NCBI GenBank assembly: GCA_001029635.1
Contig: CP011209.1
Span: 747,969-811,968, forward strand
Source: Candidatus Wolfebacteria bacterium GW2011_GWB1_47_1
GTDB taxonomy: Bacteria > Patescibacteriota > Minisyncoccia > UBA6257 > UBA9933
Reading direction: 5' to 3'
DNA length: 64,000 bases
Positions 18,263 through 29,545 of the stretch are shown here, in pieces. A model generated the notes under the pieces. It was not told the origin of the DNA. It saw only the letters and a program-made list of their open reading frames with translations, and did not search any database. A program made the position numbers and the translations under genes. The stretch's first letter is position 1, and each line of letters starts with the position of its first letter.

Positions 18263-19618
18263 TCACATTATTGCGCTTTTAATATGCGCTGGAATATCTG
18301 CTTTAGTAAGCAAAACCTGCTCCCCGGTCTCCATGTTCTTTACGGCGAATTCGCCCGAGGCGATCTCGTCCTCTCCTACCAATATCACAAACGGGATTCC
18401 CAATTTGTTTGCGTAGGCAAGCTTGTTCTTCATCTTCACGTCTTCGAAATATACTTCTGCCGCTATCCCCGCTTCGCGCAGGGTCGTTGCAATCTCCAAT
18501 GGTATCGCCATATCGGCGACCAACGGAACCACCAACGCCTTTGTCGGCGTTGCCGCGCCCAATTCGATAAGCCCTATGTCTTTTAACTGAGAGAATAGTC
18601 GCGTCAATCCGATCGAAATACCAACGCCTGGCAATTTTCGCTTGGTGTATTTTTCTGCAAGGTTGTCGTATCGCCCTCCGGAACAGATCGATCCCAATTC
18701 TGAATGTTCGCGCAGTATCGTTTCGTACACCGTGCCGGTGTAGTAATCCAGTCCGCGTGCGATGGTCAGGTCTATTGCATAGCAATCGGGCGGTACGCCA
18801 AGTACCTTCAAATAGTGCGTTACTTCCTCCAGCTCTTTTATGCCGGTTTGGAATAGCTCATTTTCTATGCAAAGATTTCGTAGCGCGTTCAATACATCCT
18901 CAGGAGTACCCTTGATATCTGTGAAGGTAAAGATCTCTCTGATGGTGTTATCTGGTACTCCTAGCTCGACTAGTATGCCATGCACTTCGTTTTGGCCTAT
19001 CTTCTCGAGCTTGTCTATCGTTTGTATTACGCCTACGGACATATTGCCCGTTTCCAATGATTCCAACAATCCTCCTATAAGCTTTCTATTGCTGATCCGG
19101 ATCACAAACGCGCCGATATTGAGCTTGCTAAATACGTCATAGATTACGCTCGGAATCTCGGCATCATTCATAAGGCTCAACGATCCATCGCCAATAATAT
19201 CGATATCTGCCTGATAGAATTCTCGGTAGCGCCCTTTTTGCGATCGCTCGCCCCGATACACCTTTGCAATATGACTTCTGCGAAACGGAAACACGAGATC
19301 GTTCACGTGTTCGCTCACATATCGCGCCAACGGCACCGTCAGATCAAAACGCAATGCGAGTTCGTTGTCTCCTTTTGTGAATTGATAGATCTGCTTTTCG
19401 GTCTCTCCTCCCGCCTTTGCTAGCAGCACCTCCGCACGCTCTATGACCGGCGTATCAAGCGGAGCGAACCCATAGCGTTGATATACTTCTGCGATCGTGT
19501 TTTTTATGCGATCAAACACGATCTGCTCGGCTGGGAGCAGTTCCATAAAACCAGGTAGTACTCGGGTTGGGATCTTCTCATCCATTTTTTTTACTTCACT
19601 CATATCTTGCTGGGTCAT
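18263..19618 (-). CDS. hisS: Histidine--tRNA ligase
   Basis: LRFDLTVPLAR, RYREFYQAD, ARGLDYYTG, GGRYDNL. Confidence 0.97.
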   Translation of the reverse strand: MTQQDMSEVKKMDEKIPTRVLPGFMELLPAEQIVFDRIKNTIAEVYQRYGFAPLDTPVIERAEVLLAKAGGETEKQIYQFTKGDNELALRFDLTVPLARYVSEHVNDLVFPFRRSHIAKVYRGERSQKGRYREFYQADIDIIGDGSLSLMNDAEIPSVIYDVFSKLNIGAFVIRISNRKLIGGLLESLETGNMSVGVIQTIDKLEKIGQNEVHGILVELGVPDNTIREIFTFTDIKGTPEDVLNALRNLCIENELFQTGIKELEEVTHYLKVLGVPPDCYAIDLTIARGLDYYTGTVYETILREHSELGSICSGGRYDNLAEKYTKRKLPGVGISIGLTRLFSQLKDIGLIELGAATPTKALVVPLVADMAIPLEIATTLREAGIAAEVYFEDVKMKNKLAYANKLGIPFVILVGEDEIASGEFAVKNMETGEQVLLTKADIPAHIKSAIM

Positions 19619-19655
19619 ATATTTCCCAAAACACGGGCAGAACCCGTGCTTTGCA

Positions 19656-20126
19656 TTATTTTATACCGTCCTTTCCTCCGTGCGTATGCGGAGTGTGTAC
19701 GACCGAGTTACTCTGCTCGGATTGCATCGTCCCGAACTTTTTCTCCAGTCGCTCTAATCGGCGGTCGAGCGTCTTAAGCATTCCCTCTAGCTTCCATTGC
19801 ATCTGAACACGGCTTATCGATTGGAATCTAATCTCTTCCTCAGTTTCCTCATCTATACGCTTTTCTTCGTTAATACCACTAATAATAATCTCTTCTCCAA
19901 CAAAGAACGAAACAAAGAGGCCAGTTGCCAAGAGGATCACCGTCCCTATGGCGATCGATGCACCGCTACTCATGTGATATTCGTCCGCGAGCATCCAGAT
20001 GCCGCGCCAGAGCAAAATAATGCCAATGCTTCCAATCATGGCGTAGAGTACCGGATGGCGTGCCAATATTGAGCGCACCTCGTCTTCCTTTTTATCAAAA
20101 AATCGTGTGATGTTTTTGAACTTCAT
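19656..20126 (-). CDS. Hypothetical membrane protein (2 TM + coiled coil)
   Basis: Likely start MKFKNI at 20126; the longer ORF overlaps alaS and a REP. Confidence 0.7.
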   Translation of the reverse strand: MKFKNITRFFDKKEDEVRSILARHPVLYAMIGSIGIILLWRGIWMLADEYHMSSGASIAIGTVILLATGLFVSFFVGEEIIISGINEEKRIDEETEEEIRFQSISRVQMQWKLEGMLKTLDRRLERLEKKFGTMQSEQSNSVVHTPHTHGGKDGIK

Positions 20127-20161
20127 AATACTATTATATCGCCTTCGGCGAGCAATTGTAA

Positions 20162-20188
20162 TGGATTCCCGCCTACGCGGGGATGACA
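20162..20188. repeat. REP/dRS3-like palindrome
   Basis: tggattcccgcctacgcggggatgaca; related copies at 22050, 33567, 33890, 35954, 47897. Confidence 0.75.
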
Positions 20189-20209
20189 ATACAACGAGAT
20201 ACACGGATT

Positions 20210-22009
20210 TTAACCAATCGTGGCGCGGATACGTCGAACGCCCGCAGAAACCGCCTCCTCTTTCGTTATCTTGAACGAGCCGATCTCTCCCGTGTACTCC
20301 ACGTGTGGGCCTCCGCAAAATTCGCGACTTACAACTCCACCGCTCGCTTCAGAGCCGATCGAGTAAACCTTCACAACCGAAGGATATTTATGCTTAAAGA
20401 ACGCAACCGCTCCTAGCTGTTCTGCCTCTTCCTTAGGCATCTCCTGGAAGTAGACCGGAAGATTTTCGTTGATCTTATCATTGACCAGATTTTCGATGGT
20501 CTGCAGCTCTTCCGAGGTTAGCTTACGGTCGAATGAGAAGTCAAAACGCAATCGCTCGGGATTAATATCCGACCCCATCTGATGCACTTCTTCGCCAAAC
20601 TCGTGGCGCAATGCCCAGTTGAGCAAATGCGTTGTCGTGTGATATCGGACAACCTGCTTTGCTTCTTCTTCATTGCCCGCCTTCAATTCTCCCGTATCAA
20701 GCACGAGCCCATGCCCTCCGAACTTATTACCCGCACCCGCGCGAGATATTTCCTGATGCTGCTCGATCTTCTTCTGAAATCCTGCTTCGTCCAGGGTGAA
20801 ACCCTTTGCTTCGACGAATTCCTTCAAAAGCTCCATTGGAAATCCATACGAGGAGAATAAATTGAATGCCTGCTCTCCTGTCACATGCTTCTCTTCCCGA
20901 TTCTGCTCGAAGATCTTTTCCATCTCCTTCAATCCGCGCGCAACCGCCTCCTGAAACTTTGATTTTTCCGTTTCAAATATACCAATGATTCGATCCGTCT
21001 CATTGATTTCCGAATAGATGTCTCCGAACAATTCCTTGATGACCGGCATCATTTCTTCGAACAAGTTTGCATGCACGTCGTACTTTACCTGGTATGCCAT
21101 AACACGACGCAACAAGCGGCGCAACACATACCCCGCTTCCTTGTTTGCCGGCACTACGCCATCGGCGATCAGGAATGTTGACGCGCGCAAGTGATCAGCA
21201 AATATACGTTTTACAGAGCCCTCCACATGCGGCGCCAATTCTTCGATCTTCGCCATGATCGGCCTAAAGATCTCCGACTCGAACACATTATCAACACCTT
21301 CCAGCATTACCGAAAGACGCTCAAATCCCATACCCGTGTCGATTCCCGGACGTTCTGCCTTGTTATACACACCGCTACGATCCTTGTAAAATTCATTAAA
21401 CACAATGTTCCACACCTCTACGTCATCAACATAGATCTCAGTACATGGACCACAGGGACCCTCTTCGCCCGTCGGCCCCCAGAAATTGTCTTCGCGCGGA
21501 CCCTTGCGGATCTTATCCTCTGGCAAATGCAACTCATCCTTCCAAATATTGTACGCCTCTTGATCAAACGGCGTTTCTGCGTCGCCTCCGAACACCGTCA
21601 CATAGATGCGGTCCGGATTAATACCTAGCACCTCGGTCATAAACTGGTATCCAAAGTGAATTGCGGCGCGCTTGAAATAACCTTCTTTTCCGTCGTCCTC
21701 CGGCTCATCAGAACCTACCGGACCAAACGAAAAGTTCCCCATCATCTCAAACATGGTCAAGTGGGTCTTGTCACCTACCTCTTCAATATCGCTCGTACGA
21801 AAACACTTCTGGATCGTCGCTGTGCGCTGGGATCCAAAATCCGCCAGGGCATCGAGTTCTCCCGTGTAATACTTCTTAAACTGCTGCATGCCTGCGGTCG
21901 TCAATAACACCGACGGATCGTCGGGGATCAACGATGACGATGGAACGCGCACGTGTCCTTTGCTATGAAAATAGTTAAAAAAATGTTTTCGTAGGTCTTT
22001 TGATTGCAT
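20210..22009 (-). CDS. alaS: Alanine--tRNA ligase (short form, no C-Ala domain)
   Basis: LLTTAGMQQFK, HLTMFEMMGNFS, DTGMGFER, HTTTHLL and CGGPH editing motifs. Confidence 0.96.
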   Translation of the reverse strand: MQSKDLRKHFFNYFHSKGHVRVPSSSLIPDDPSVLLTTAGMQQFKKYYTGELDALADFGSQRTATIQKCFRTSDIEEVGDKTHLTMFEMMGNFSFGPVGSDEPEDDGKEGYFKRAAIHFGYQFMTEVLGINPDRIYVTVFGGDAETPFDQEAYNIWKDELHLPEDKIRKGPREDNFWGPTGEEGPCGPCTEIYVDDVEVWNIVFNEFYKDRSGVYNKAERPGIDTGMGFERLSVMLEGVDNVFESEIFRPIMAKIEELAPHVEGSVKRIFADHLRASTFLIADGVVPANKEAGYVLRRLLRRVMAYQVKYDVHANLFEEMMPVIKELFGDIYSEINETDRIIGIFETEKSKFQEAVARGLKEMEKIFEQNREEKHVTGEQAFNLFSSYGFPMELLKEFVEAKGFTLDEAGFQKKIEQHQEISRAGAGNKFGGHGLVLDTGELKAGNEEEAKQVVRYHTTTHLLNWALRHEFGEEVHQMGSDINPERLRFDFSFDRKLTSEELQTIENLVNDKINENLPVYFQEMPKEEAEQLGAVAFFKHKYPSVVKVYSIGSEASGGVVSREFCGGPHVEYTGEIGSFKITKEEAVSAGVRRIRATIG

Positions 22010-22049
22010 GATTTCTTAAATTATAAGCCGCCTTCGGCGGAAGGTTGAA

Positions 22050-22079
22050 CTGGATCCCGGCTCGGAGGCCGGGATGACA
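22050..22079. repeat. REP/dRS3-like palindrome
   Basis: ctggatcccggctcggaggccgggatgaca. Confidence 0.75.
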
Positions 22080-22120
22080 ATCCTCCTCGTTTTTCGTGTT
22101 TCCTTTTCCGTTTTCGCTCT

Positions 22121-23491
22121 TTAGTACCCGCGAAGTTCTTCTGCTTTCGAGTGCCCTTTGATCTTTTCTATCGCCTTTGCTTCGATTTGACGAATGCGCT
22201 CGCGCGTAACGCCGAACTTTTTTCCAACCTCTTCGAGTGTGTGAGTCACACCATCCTCGAGTCCAAATCGGAGCTTTAAAATCTCCTGCTCGCGCGGGGC
22301 GAGATCGATCAATATTTCACGAATCTTTTCCTTCAAGAGCGCGAGTTCCGCAGATTGCGTCGGGGACAGATTCTTATCGTCCTTAATAAGGTCTGACAAA
22401 GTTGCTTCGTCGCTATCCTCCATCAACGGTGCTTCGAGCGAAATAACCTCCTGGGAGATCTTCTGAATGTTATAGATCTTGTCGACGGTCGTTCCCATCT
22501 CAATAGCAATTTCCTCGGCAAGCGCTTCGCGGCCCAATTCTTGCATAAGCCTTCGCTTTACCTGTGTATACTTTGAGATGTTCTCGATCATATGAACCGG
22601 GATGCGAACTGTGCGCGACTGGTCGGCCAATGCGCGCGTGATCGCCTGGCGAATCCACCATGTCGCGTAGGTAGAGAACTTAAATCCCTTACGATAGTCA
22701 AACTTGTCGACCGCCTTTGAAAGACCGATGTTTCCTTCCTGAATAAGGTCCAGAATACCCATCTGCGTTGTGCGATGCGCATAGCGCTTTGCAATGGACA
22801 CCACGAGACGCAAGTTTGCCTGAATAAGGCGCTGCCGTGCGTTTTCGTCTCCATCTTCCGATCGCTTTGCGAGATCCTTTTCTTCTGCCGAATTCAACAA
22901 TGCATATCGTCCTATTTCCTTTAGATACATCTGCACGGAATCTGGCATTTCTTCCATTCTCCCTTTGCCAACTGACTCCAATTCCTTCTGAGTCGGCTCA
23001 TCTTCCTTTGGCAATTCGATCAGTGCGGCCGTTTCGACCACTTTGATGTTATTTTTTTCTAAGTAGTCGTACAGCTCTTCGAGTACCGATATGTCATCTT
23101 CCACATGCGGGAAGTAATACAAAATTTCCGTGTCGGTTACAAATCCCTTCGCGCGTCCACGATGGACGAGTTCCTCCATCTGTTCCTTGTCAAAGGCAAC
23201 CTTCTTTTCCGCCTCTTCGGCGGTTAGCTTCTTTTTCGGAATCTTTTTGGGCACCGGCTTTGCGCCTCGTGCCGGCAACTTAGGCTTTTTCACTTCTGCC
23301 TTTTTAATAGCCACCTTCTTTACCGCTCCTTTCTTCGGCGCGGCCTTTTTTACTACGGTTTTCTTTACTATCGGCTTTTTTACTGCCGTCTTTTGTGCTG
23401 CTTTTTTCGGTGCAGCTTTCCCCTTTGCCGCTTGTTGAGCGGGTTTTTTTGCAACCTTATTCAATTTTGACTTTTCGACTTTTTTAACCAT
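22121..23491 (-). CDS. rpoD: Primary sigma factor with Lys/Ala-rich N-terminal extension
   Basis: [47 protein letters not shown]. Confidence 0.96.
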   Translation of the reverse strand: MVKKVEKSKLNKVAKKPAQQAAKGKAAPKKAAQKTAVKKPIVKKTVVKKAAPKKGAVKKVAIKKAEVKKPKLPARGAKPVPKKIPKKKLTAEEAEKKVAFDKEQMEELVHRGRAKGFVTDTEILYYFPHVEDDISVLEELYDYLEKNNIKVVETAALIELPKEDEPTQKELESVGKGRMEEMPDSVQMYLKEIGRYALLNSAEEKDLAKRSEDGDENARQRLIQANLRLVVSIAKRYAHRTTQMGILDLIQEGNIGLSKAVDKFDYRKGFKFSTYATWWIRQAITRALADQSRTVRIPVHMIENISKYTQVKRRLMQELGREALAEEIAIEMGTTVDKIYNIQKISQEVISLEAPLMEDSDEATLSDLIKDDKNLSPTQSAELALLKEKIREILIDLAPREQEILKLRFGLEDGVTHTLEEVGKKFGVTRERIRQIEAKAIEKIKGHSKAEELRGY

Positions 23492-23502
23492 AGTTGACAG
23501 TA

Positions 23503-25263
23503 TTACTTTTCATTCTGCAATAGTTTTGACACCTCGTCAAATAGCTTCAAATAGTGTTCCTCCTTCTCTTTATCCCTTTTGTGCTCCGCCTGACGGATAG
23601 CGCGCGTGATAATCTCTAACTTTTCCTTCAGTGCTTTGTTTCGCAATTGAAACATCAATTCCTTAAACTCCTTTATTGTCTTTTCTGGATCAACCTCTCC
23701 TACCTCCATGCCGGCGCGCAATGTAAATGTATGCAATTCGTCCAATAGTCTTAGATCGCTTACTACCGACTTATCCATAGCGGTATCATAAATCCTCCTG
23801 TATTGCCTTGGTAGATATTTCGCGTACTCCTCAAGCTCTTTGAGTAGATCCTCCCGCACGAGTGCCATCTTGAGCACACGATCAGCGATGAGATCGATGC
23901 GCATCTTTTCTTCTTCCACTTCCTGCAGCGTCACTTCTTCCTGCTTGGGCCGCACTGCTAACGGGACCGCCACTTCAGCGTGCTCCATGTCTTCCTTCAA
24001 AATATGCTCACTCACATTTACCTTTTGCGCGAGCTGATTGAGCCAATGTTCCCGTTCCACCGCGCTTAGGAGTGCCTTTATCTTTTCCAATACGATATGT
24101 AAATTCTTTCTAAATTTCGCCGGATCGTTCTTGAATGATTCCCCGTGCGATAGATACCGCTCGAAATAGAACTCCATTGCTTCCTTTGCCTTCTTCGCAT
24201 ATTCGACCATGATCCCCGGTTTTGCCTTGATCGCATCTGCCGGATCCTTATATTCCCCCAATGACAAGATCTTCACGTTGAAGTCGAGGCTCTTAGCAAG
24301 GTCGATACTTCGTTCCGCTGCCTTTTGCCCCGCTTCATCATTATCAAACGAAAACATCACATTCTCTGTTTGCTTGCGAAGCGTCTTGAGGTGATCGGCC
24401 GTCAATGCCGTTCCCGAGGTTGCGACGGCATTTTTGAGTCCATCCTGCACGCACATCAGTACATCCATTTGCCCTTCTACGAGTAATGCGAATTGCATTT
24501 CTCTGATATGGTTCTTTGCTTTATTGTACCCATACAGTACTCGTGATTTGTTAAAGATAGGGGTTTCAGGACTGTTGATATATTTCCCCGAATCTCCTTT
24601 ATCAAACTCGGGCAAGATTCGCGCTGTAAACCCCACCACCTTCCCCGTATTGTTTGCGATCGGAAACATGATACGCCCACGGAACCGGTCGACATACGTC
24701 CCGCGCTCTGTGCGGAAGTTGATCCCGGCGCGCTCGATGTCGGGCGCCTTAAATCCCTTATTTGTTAAATAGATCGTCGCAGCATCCCATGATTGCGGAG
24801 CAAACCCGAGTTCGAACTCCTTAACCGTATCCTCGGTCAACCCGCGCGTTTTTATGTATTCAGCTACCTTTGGATTACGGTTTAGTTCCAGTTTATAAAA
24901 CTCCTTTACTGCGTCATTGATGTCGTACAAGATGCCGAATTGCTTTTGATCTTCCGGACTTAGCTTCTTCAACTCCACCCCTGCCTTTTCGGCAAGTATC
25001 TTGAGCGCTTCATAAAATTCGATATTCTCGTACTTCATCAGGAATGAAAATACATCTCCTCCCTCATTACATGAACCAAAGCAATGCCATGTCTGCCGAT
25101 CCGCAGAAATCATAAAAGAAGGCGTCTTTTCGCCGTGGAATGGACATCGCGCCTTGAAGTTGCGCCCCGCAGGTTTCACCTCTATATACGAGCCGATGAC
25201 CTGCACAATGTCGATCTTCTCTTTTATCTCTTCGATGGGATTATCTACGGACATAGCGATCAT
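23503..25263 (-). CDS. dnaG: DNA primase
   Basis: CPFH..CFGSC Zn finger, [21 protein letters not shown]. Confidence 0.97.
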   Translation of the reverse strand: MIAMSVDNPIEEIKEKIDIVQVIGSYIEVKPAGRNFKARCPFHGEKTPSFMISADRQTWHCFGSCNEGGDVFSFLMKYENIEFYEALKILAEKAGVELKKLSPEDQKQFGILYDINDAVKEFYKLELNRNPKVAEYIKTRGLTEDTVKEFELGFAPQSWDAATIYLTNKGFKAPDIERAGINFRTERGTYVDRFRGRIMFPIANNTGKVVGFTARILPEFDKGDSGKYINSPETPIFNKSRVLYGYNKAKNHIREMQFALLVEGQMDVLMCVQDGLKNAVATSGTALTADHLKTLRKQTENVMFSFDNDEAGQKAAERSIDLAKSLDFNVKILSLGEYKDPADAIKAKPGIMVEYAKKAKEAMEFYFERYLSHGESFKNDPAKFRKNLHIVLEKIKALLSAVEREHWLNQLAQKVNVSEHILKEDMEHAEVAVPLAVRPKQEEVTLQEVEEEKMRIDLIADRVLKMALVREDLLKELEEYAKYLPRQYRRIYDTAMDKSVVSDLRLLDELHTFTLRAGMEVGEVDPEKTIKEFKELMFQLRNKALKEKLEIITRAIRQAEHKRDKEKEEHYLKLFDEVSKLLQNEK

Positions 25264-25323
25264 TCATTAATGGCAGAAATTCCAACGACGCATGTGTTGG
25301 AATTTCTGTTTGTTTCATTTCGT

Positions 25324-26778
25324 TTACTCTTTTTCCTTCATCGGCGGGAATACCACCGTTTCGCGGATCGACTTGTTCATCAAGAACGAGAACAAGCGTT
25401 CACTTAGGCCGAAGCCAACCGCCGGAGGCATGCCGTATTCCATCGCCTCGACGTAATCTTCGTCGATCATCTGTGCTTCTTCATCGCCTGCTTCGCGGAG
25501 CTTCATCTGCTCCTCAAACCGCTGTCGCTGGTCGAGCGGATCGTTCAATTCCGAAAAACCATTACCCAACTCCGATCGGCATGCGATCGGCTGGAAGCGC
25601 AATACGCGCTTCGGGTCACTCGGGTCCTTCTTCGCCAACGGCGACACTTCTAGCGGATGCCCCGTAAGGAAGCATGGCTGAATGAGCCGCTGTCGGACCG
25701 TCTTTTTGTAGATCGTATCTATCATGCGGCCTTTGCCATCTGCCGCTTCATACGGTATGCCAAGCTCGTTCGCTTTTTGTTTCAATATTTCCACAGAAAC
25801 CTCTCCCGACAGATCAATACCCGTTTCCTTTTTGAATTCTTCGAAATAATCGATTCGTGGCCAGTTACCGGACCAATCGATTAATTCGCCATCGTATTCG
25901 GTCTTCATCTCCTCGCCGATGACGTTCTTTACGATCTCCTTATACATGCGTTCTACCGCATCCATACCCTTTGTCATGTCTCCATACGCCCAATAAAACT
26001 CCATAGCGATATAGTCTTGCAAGTGCTCCGCATCGATACCTTCGTTGCGAAATACCTTTCCAATCTCGTAAATCTTTTCGAATCCACCAACGAGCATCTT
26101 CTTCAATGGTAATTCGAGCGATATGCGCAAATAAAAATCACGATCAAGCGCGTTGTGGTGTGTGATGAACGGTCGCGCATCAGCTCCTCCTGGGATCGCT
26201 TCAAGCACCGCGGTATCTACCTCAAAAAATCCTTCGTTATTCAAAAAGGTTCGGATCGTGTTCCAGAACAGTGTCTTTTTCTTGAACAGCTCCCGCGTCT
26301 CCGGGTTCATCATCAGGTCCAAATACCGCTTGCGCAACAGCGCCTCGGTATCCTTGAGCCCGTAGAATTCGCTCGGAATCGGCAAAATCGCCTTGGATAA
26401 CAGCTTCCATGCATCTGCCTGGAGCGTCTTTTCTCCTGTCTTGGTGATGAATAACGTTCCCGTCGCCTGGATAAAGTCACCCATGTCTATGTTATTTGCG
26501 AACAGGTCGAACCGCTCATCGCCGACGATATCGCGCTTTACCAATATCTGAATCTTTCCGGATTCATCCTCAATATGCACAAATGCCAACGCACCCATGA
26601 CACGCATAGACTTAATGCGTCCGGCGAGCGTCATCGGCTTTTCTGTAAGTTCATCAAAATGTTCCACTACATAGTGGTTTGCAAAATCCTTCGTGCTTTC
26701 CTGCGGATACGCCTCCTCTCCGGCGGCGACCAGGCGTTGCATTTTTTCCAGTTTTGCTTCGCGAATGTTCTCTAACAT
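25324..26778 (-). CDS. lysS: Lysine--tRNA ligase
   Basis: GGADARPF, LRISLEL, FRNEGID, ELNDP, YGMPP; likely start MLENI. Confidence 0.97.
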   Translation of the reverse strand: MLENIREAKLEKMQRLVAAGEEAYPQESTKDFANHYVVEHFDELTEKPMTLAGRIKSMRVMGALAFVHIEDESGKIQILVKRDIVGDERFDLFANNIDMGDFIQATGTLFITKTGEKTLQADAWKLLSKAILPIPSEFYGLKDTEALLRKRYLDLMMNPETRELFKKKTLFWNTIRTFLNNEGFFEVDTAVLEAIPGGADARPFITHHNALDRDFYLRISLELPLKKMLVGGFEKIYEIGKVFRNEGIDAEHLQDYIAMEFYWAYGDMTKGMDAVERMYKEIVKNVIGEEMKTEYDGELIDWSGNWPRIDYFEEFKKETGIDLSGEVSVEILKQKANELGIPYEAADGKGRMIDTIYKKTVRQRLIQPCFLTGHPLEVSPLAKKDPSDPKRVLRFQPIACRSELGNGFSELNDPLDQRQRFEEQMKLREAGDEEAQMIDEDYVEAMEYGMPPAVGFGLSERLFSFLMNKSIRETVVFPPMKEKE

Positions 26779-26829
26779 GATAGTTCTATTATAGCACAGA
26801 GCAGAGGACATATTGCCTCTGCTTTATAC

Positions 26830-27285
26830 TTATTCTATTCCCAAAATTTTATACTTTGCAATACCCTTTGGCGTTTCTACCTCAACTATATCCCCTTCCT
26901 TCTTACCCATGAATGCGGCGCCAAGTGGTGATTCGTTGGAGATCAAGCGCTTTTCCGGGTTTGCTTCGTTGGAGCCGACGATCGTATATTCGAATCCCTT
27001 CTTGTCCTTTTCAACCTTCACGGTCGAACCAAGGTCTATTGTCTTTTTTCCATGCGATTTCTTAATAATAACCGCATTGCGGATGATATTCTCCAATTCG
27101 ATGATGTGCGCTTCGAGCTTTGCCTGTGCTTCTTTTGCTTCGGAATACTCAGCGTTTTCTGACAGATCGCCAAATTCCTTCGCTCGCTTCAATCGCTCCG
27201 CAATATCATTGCGACCTTCCTTTTTTTCCTGCTCCAGTTCGGTTTTTAATTCTTCAAACCGTTCCTTAGTTATATGAAATTCCAT
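26830..27285 (-). CDS. greA: Transcription elongation factor GreA
   Basis: FGDLSENAEY, ISNESPLG. Confidence 0.96.
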   Translation of the reverse strand: MEFHITKERFEELKTELEQEKKEGRNDIAERLKRAKEFGDLSENAEYSEAKEAQAKLEAHIIELENIIRNAVIIKKSHGKKTIDLGSTVKVEKDKKGFEYTIVGSNEANPEKRLISNESPLGAAFMGKKEGDIVEVETPKGIAKYKILGIE

Positions 27286-27293
27286 ATTTTATG

Positions 27294-27417
27294 CAAAACG
27301 TATGAATTTGGCGTCCTACTGCGCTACCTCCTCGTTTACTCCCGCAAAGGAGTTTAACTCCATCTTAGTCACAAGCCTCGTCGATACCTTGTATTCCATC
27401 TAAATTCGTACGTTTTG
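27294..27417. repeat. MITE-like ~124 bp element with 16-bp terminal inverted repeats
   Basis: caaaacgtatgaattt ... aaattcgtacgttttg (1 mismatch). Confidence 0.5.
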
Positions 27418-27435
27418 TTCTTTTTATTTTATTTT

Positions 27436-28188
27436 TTACTTATTCTTACTTTTTAGTTTTTTCGACTTGATCTTATATGTATTCGTCCACAGCCACCATC
27501 GAACCTTGCAAACCTCCCACAGCACTTCGATGTACGATGATAATTTTATTCTCGAATTAGGATCGTTGATGAATATCGCTGGCGTCTCCTTGATTTTATA
27601 TCCAAGCCGCTTCGCTAATGACAATATCTCCACGTCAAACCCCCAATGTTTCACTTTGATAATCGGGAATATCTCATTCGCAGCACGCTCACTAAAGATC
27701 TTGAACGGGCACTGCGTATCCTTCAATCCGGGCAATACCATCAGCTGGATAAACCAATTCCCCATCTTCCCCGGTAATTTACGAAACAGTGGCTGATCCC
27801 GTTTTGCCCCTTCGATATCTCTCGATCCGATCACAATATCATAGCCTTTGTCCGTCAGTTTTAACGCTTCAATAACCTGGTCGATCGAGATCGAGTTATC
27901 TGCATCCACAAATGCGCGGAATTCCCCTTTTGCCTCCTCCATACCCTTCTGTACCGCCGCACCTTTTCCCTTGATTGCGCATTCAATCAGACGAAGCTCG
28001 TTCCATAGATGCTCAAATCGGAGCACAATATCGACTGTGTTATCCTTTGACCCATTATCGACTACAATCACTTCGTACGAAAAATCAACCGTCTCCAGAT
28101 GTCGCTTCATGTCGACCAAGGTCAACGGAAGTCGCTTGGCTTCATTATATGCCGGAATGATTATCGAAAGTCGCGGTTTTTTATCCAT
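27436..28188 (-). CDS. GT2 glycosyltransferase (polyprenyl-phosphate glycosyltransferase-like)
   Basis: IIIPAYNE, VDNGSKD, GKGAAV, DAD, DTQC, FDVE. Confidence 0.9.
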   Translation of the reverse strand: MDKKPRLSIIIPAYNEAKRLPLTLVDMKRHLETVDFSYEVIVVDNGSKDNTVDIVLRFEHLWNELRLIECAIKGKGAAVQKGMEEAKGEFRAFVDADNSISIDQVIEALKLTDKGYDIVIGSRDIEGAKRDQPLFRKLPGKMGNWFIQLMVLPGLKDTQCPFKIFSERAANEIFPIIKVKHWGFDVEILSLAKRLGYKIKETPAIFINDPNSRIKLSSYIEVLWEVCKVRWWLWTNTYKIKSKKLKSKNK

Positions 28189-28366
28189 GTGTGTAAATTA
28201 CGAAATTCCGTGCCCGCAACCGAATTCATCAGAAGCGTATGGCACGGAATGGGGCTGCTTTTATTTCGATTGCACCAATTATACGCCCTTTTACCCTCTC
28301 TCGTCAACAAACCTGTAGTAAAATTCACTATAGAAAAAAGGGGCGGGCTTGCTGCCCTCCCCCTTG

Positions 28367-28759
28367 TTATGCGTCCTTGAATATCTGCGTGATTTTAAAC
28401 ACTCGGCACCCGGGATGTCGACATGCGACACGCGATACGCTCGCGTAATACCCCCGCGACCACCAATAATCCTTGATCGGACCGTATCGACGGACCCCAA
28501 TCGCCCGATCCTCCCAATCTGGAAGATGTAGCTCGGGGGTTCGATGCGCATACCCTAGTGCACACATTAATTGAAGCCCGAGATACCGAACCGCCATCTT
28601 TCCCCAGTGCCAGGCAAATATACCCACCAACCAGAGCAATACGCTACATACGACCGTCATAACCACATAGTAGCAGGGGTTTCGCGTACCTCCCATTGAC
28701 CACCAGGTCATAGCAACGACTAGTACGGCTGCGAATCCATACGACATCTTTCGTATCAT
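28367..28759 (-). CDS. Hypothetical membrane protein with Cys/His motifs
   Basis: GGAGG SD, 2 TM, C..GYAH and CRHPGC; followed by terminator. Confidence 0.6.
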   Translation of the reverse strand: MIRKMSYGFAAVLVVAMTWWSMGGTRNPCYYVVMTVVCSVLLWLVGIFAWHWGKMAVRYLGLQLMCALGYAHRTPELHLPDWEDRAIGVRRYGPIKDYWWSRGYYASVSRVACRHPGCRVFKITQIFKDA

Positions 28760-28790
28760 CAGATCGCCTCCTTGGTCTCCTGAACGGTAA

Positions 28791-28916
28791 TTATTTCATC
28801 CGCCCTTTCAATCGTCCAATTAGCCAAACTGCTCCGTCGCGGAGCGATAATAGTAGCGCTGCACTCACGATAAGGACCAAACAAAACAACAACATCCCCA
28901 TAGCTTCCCTCCCCAT
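28791..28916 (-). CDS. 41-aa membrane peptide (not in ORF track)
   Basis: AGGAGG SD; MGREAMGMLLFCLVLIVSAALLLSLRDGAVWLIGRLKGRMK*. Confidence 0.5.
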   Translation of the reverse strand: MGREAMGMLLFCLVLIVSAALLLSLRDGAVWLIGRLKGRMK

Positions 28917-28928
28917 GCAGTCACCCTC

Positions 28929-29123
28929 CTATCCATCTTTTTGTGATGGCTCTTTGCGCAATAAGATCACTGCGATGATCCCCATTGCGATTATTACTCC
29001 CAGGCCGATACCCAGAAACCCCGTAATGATTGAATTATCCGGCGGATAGTTTTGGTTAGCCTTACTTATTGCTTGTAACATCCCCAGTAATCCTTCTTCG
29101 TCCATATCCCACCCCTTATGCAA
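28929..29123 (-). CDS. Small single-TM protein
   Basis: One hydrophobic helix; start probably MDEEG. Confidence 0.55.
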   Translation of the reverse strand: MHKGWDMDEEGLLGMLQAISKANQNYPPDNSIITGFLGIGLGVIIAMGIIAVILLRKEPSQKDG

Positions 29124-29261
29124 TTTGTAATTATTACTCTATTTAGTTAACCCCGAAACGCATAGGATGTCCACCCCCTCTAATAAGTTAGGCCCGCATC
29201 CGCTTCGCTCGCCATTCTGCCAGTACAACACCTAGTTAAAAAAGAGGCGCATTACTGCGCC

Positions 29262-29498
29262 TCATCCATCCTTCTTCCCTCCTCCTTTCGAAGACTTCGG
29301 AAGCAATGCCATGATGATCCCCACTCCCACGAGGATCATCCCCACAACCTGCGCCCACGGCCACAGCGCGTTGAACGCACGGAGCATGAGCCAGTTGAAG
29401 GCTTCGGGGGAGATGATCGCGAGCAGCACCAGCAAACCTGCCAGCGTGCCCAAGAGTCGCCGCGGCGTCCCCATTATAATGCACAGATACGGATTCAT
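29262..29498 (-). CDS. Small 2-TM protein
   Basis: AGGAGG SD before MNPYL; followed by terminator. Confidence 0.6.
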   Translation of the reverse strand: MNPYLCIIMGTPRRLLGTLAGLLVLLAIISPEAFNWLMLRAFNALWPWAQVVGMILVGVGIIMALLPKSSKGGGKKDG

Positions 29499-29545
29499 TC
29501 TGCCTCCTTTGCCCACTCGAAGTGGACAGGTCGGTTACGGTTAAC

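Noticed and set aside
20210-22009. alaS as a truncated pseudogene
   Set aside because: Catalytic and editing motifs are intact with a clean stop; short AlaS lacking C-Ala is typical of this lineage
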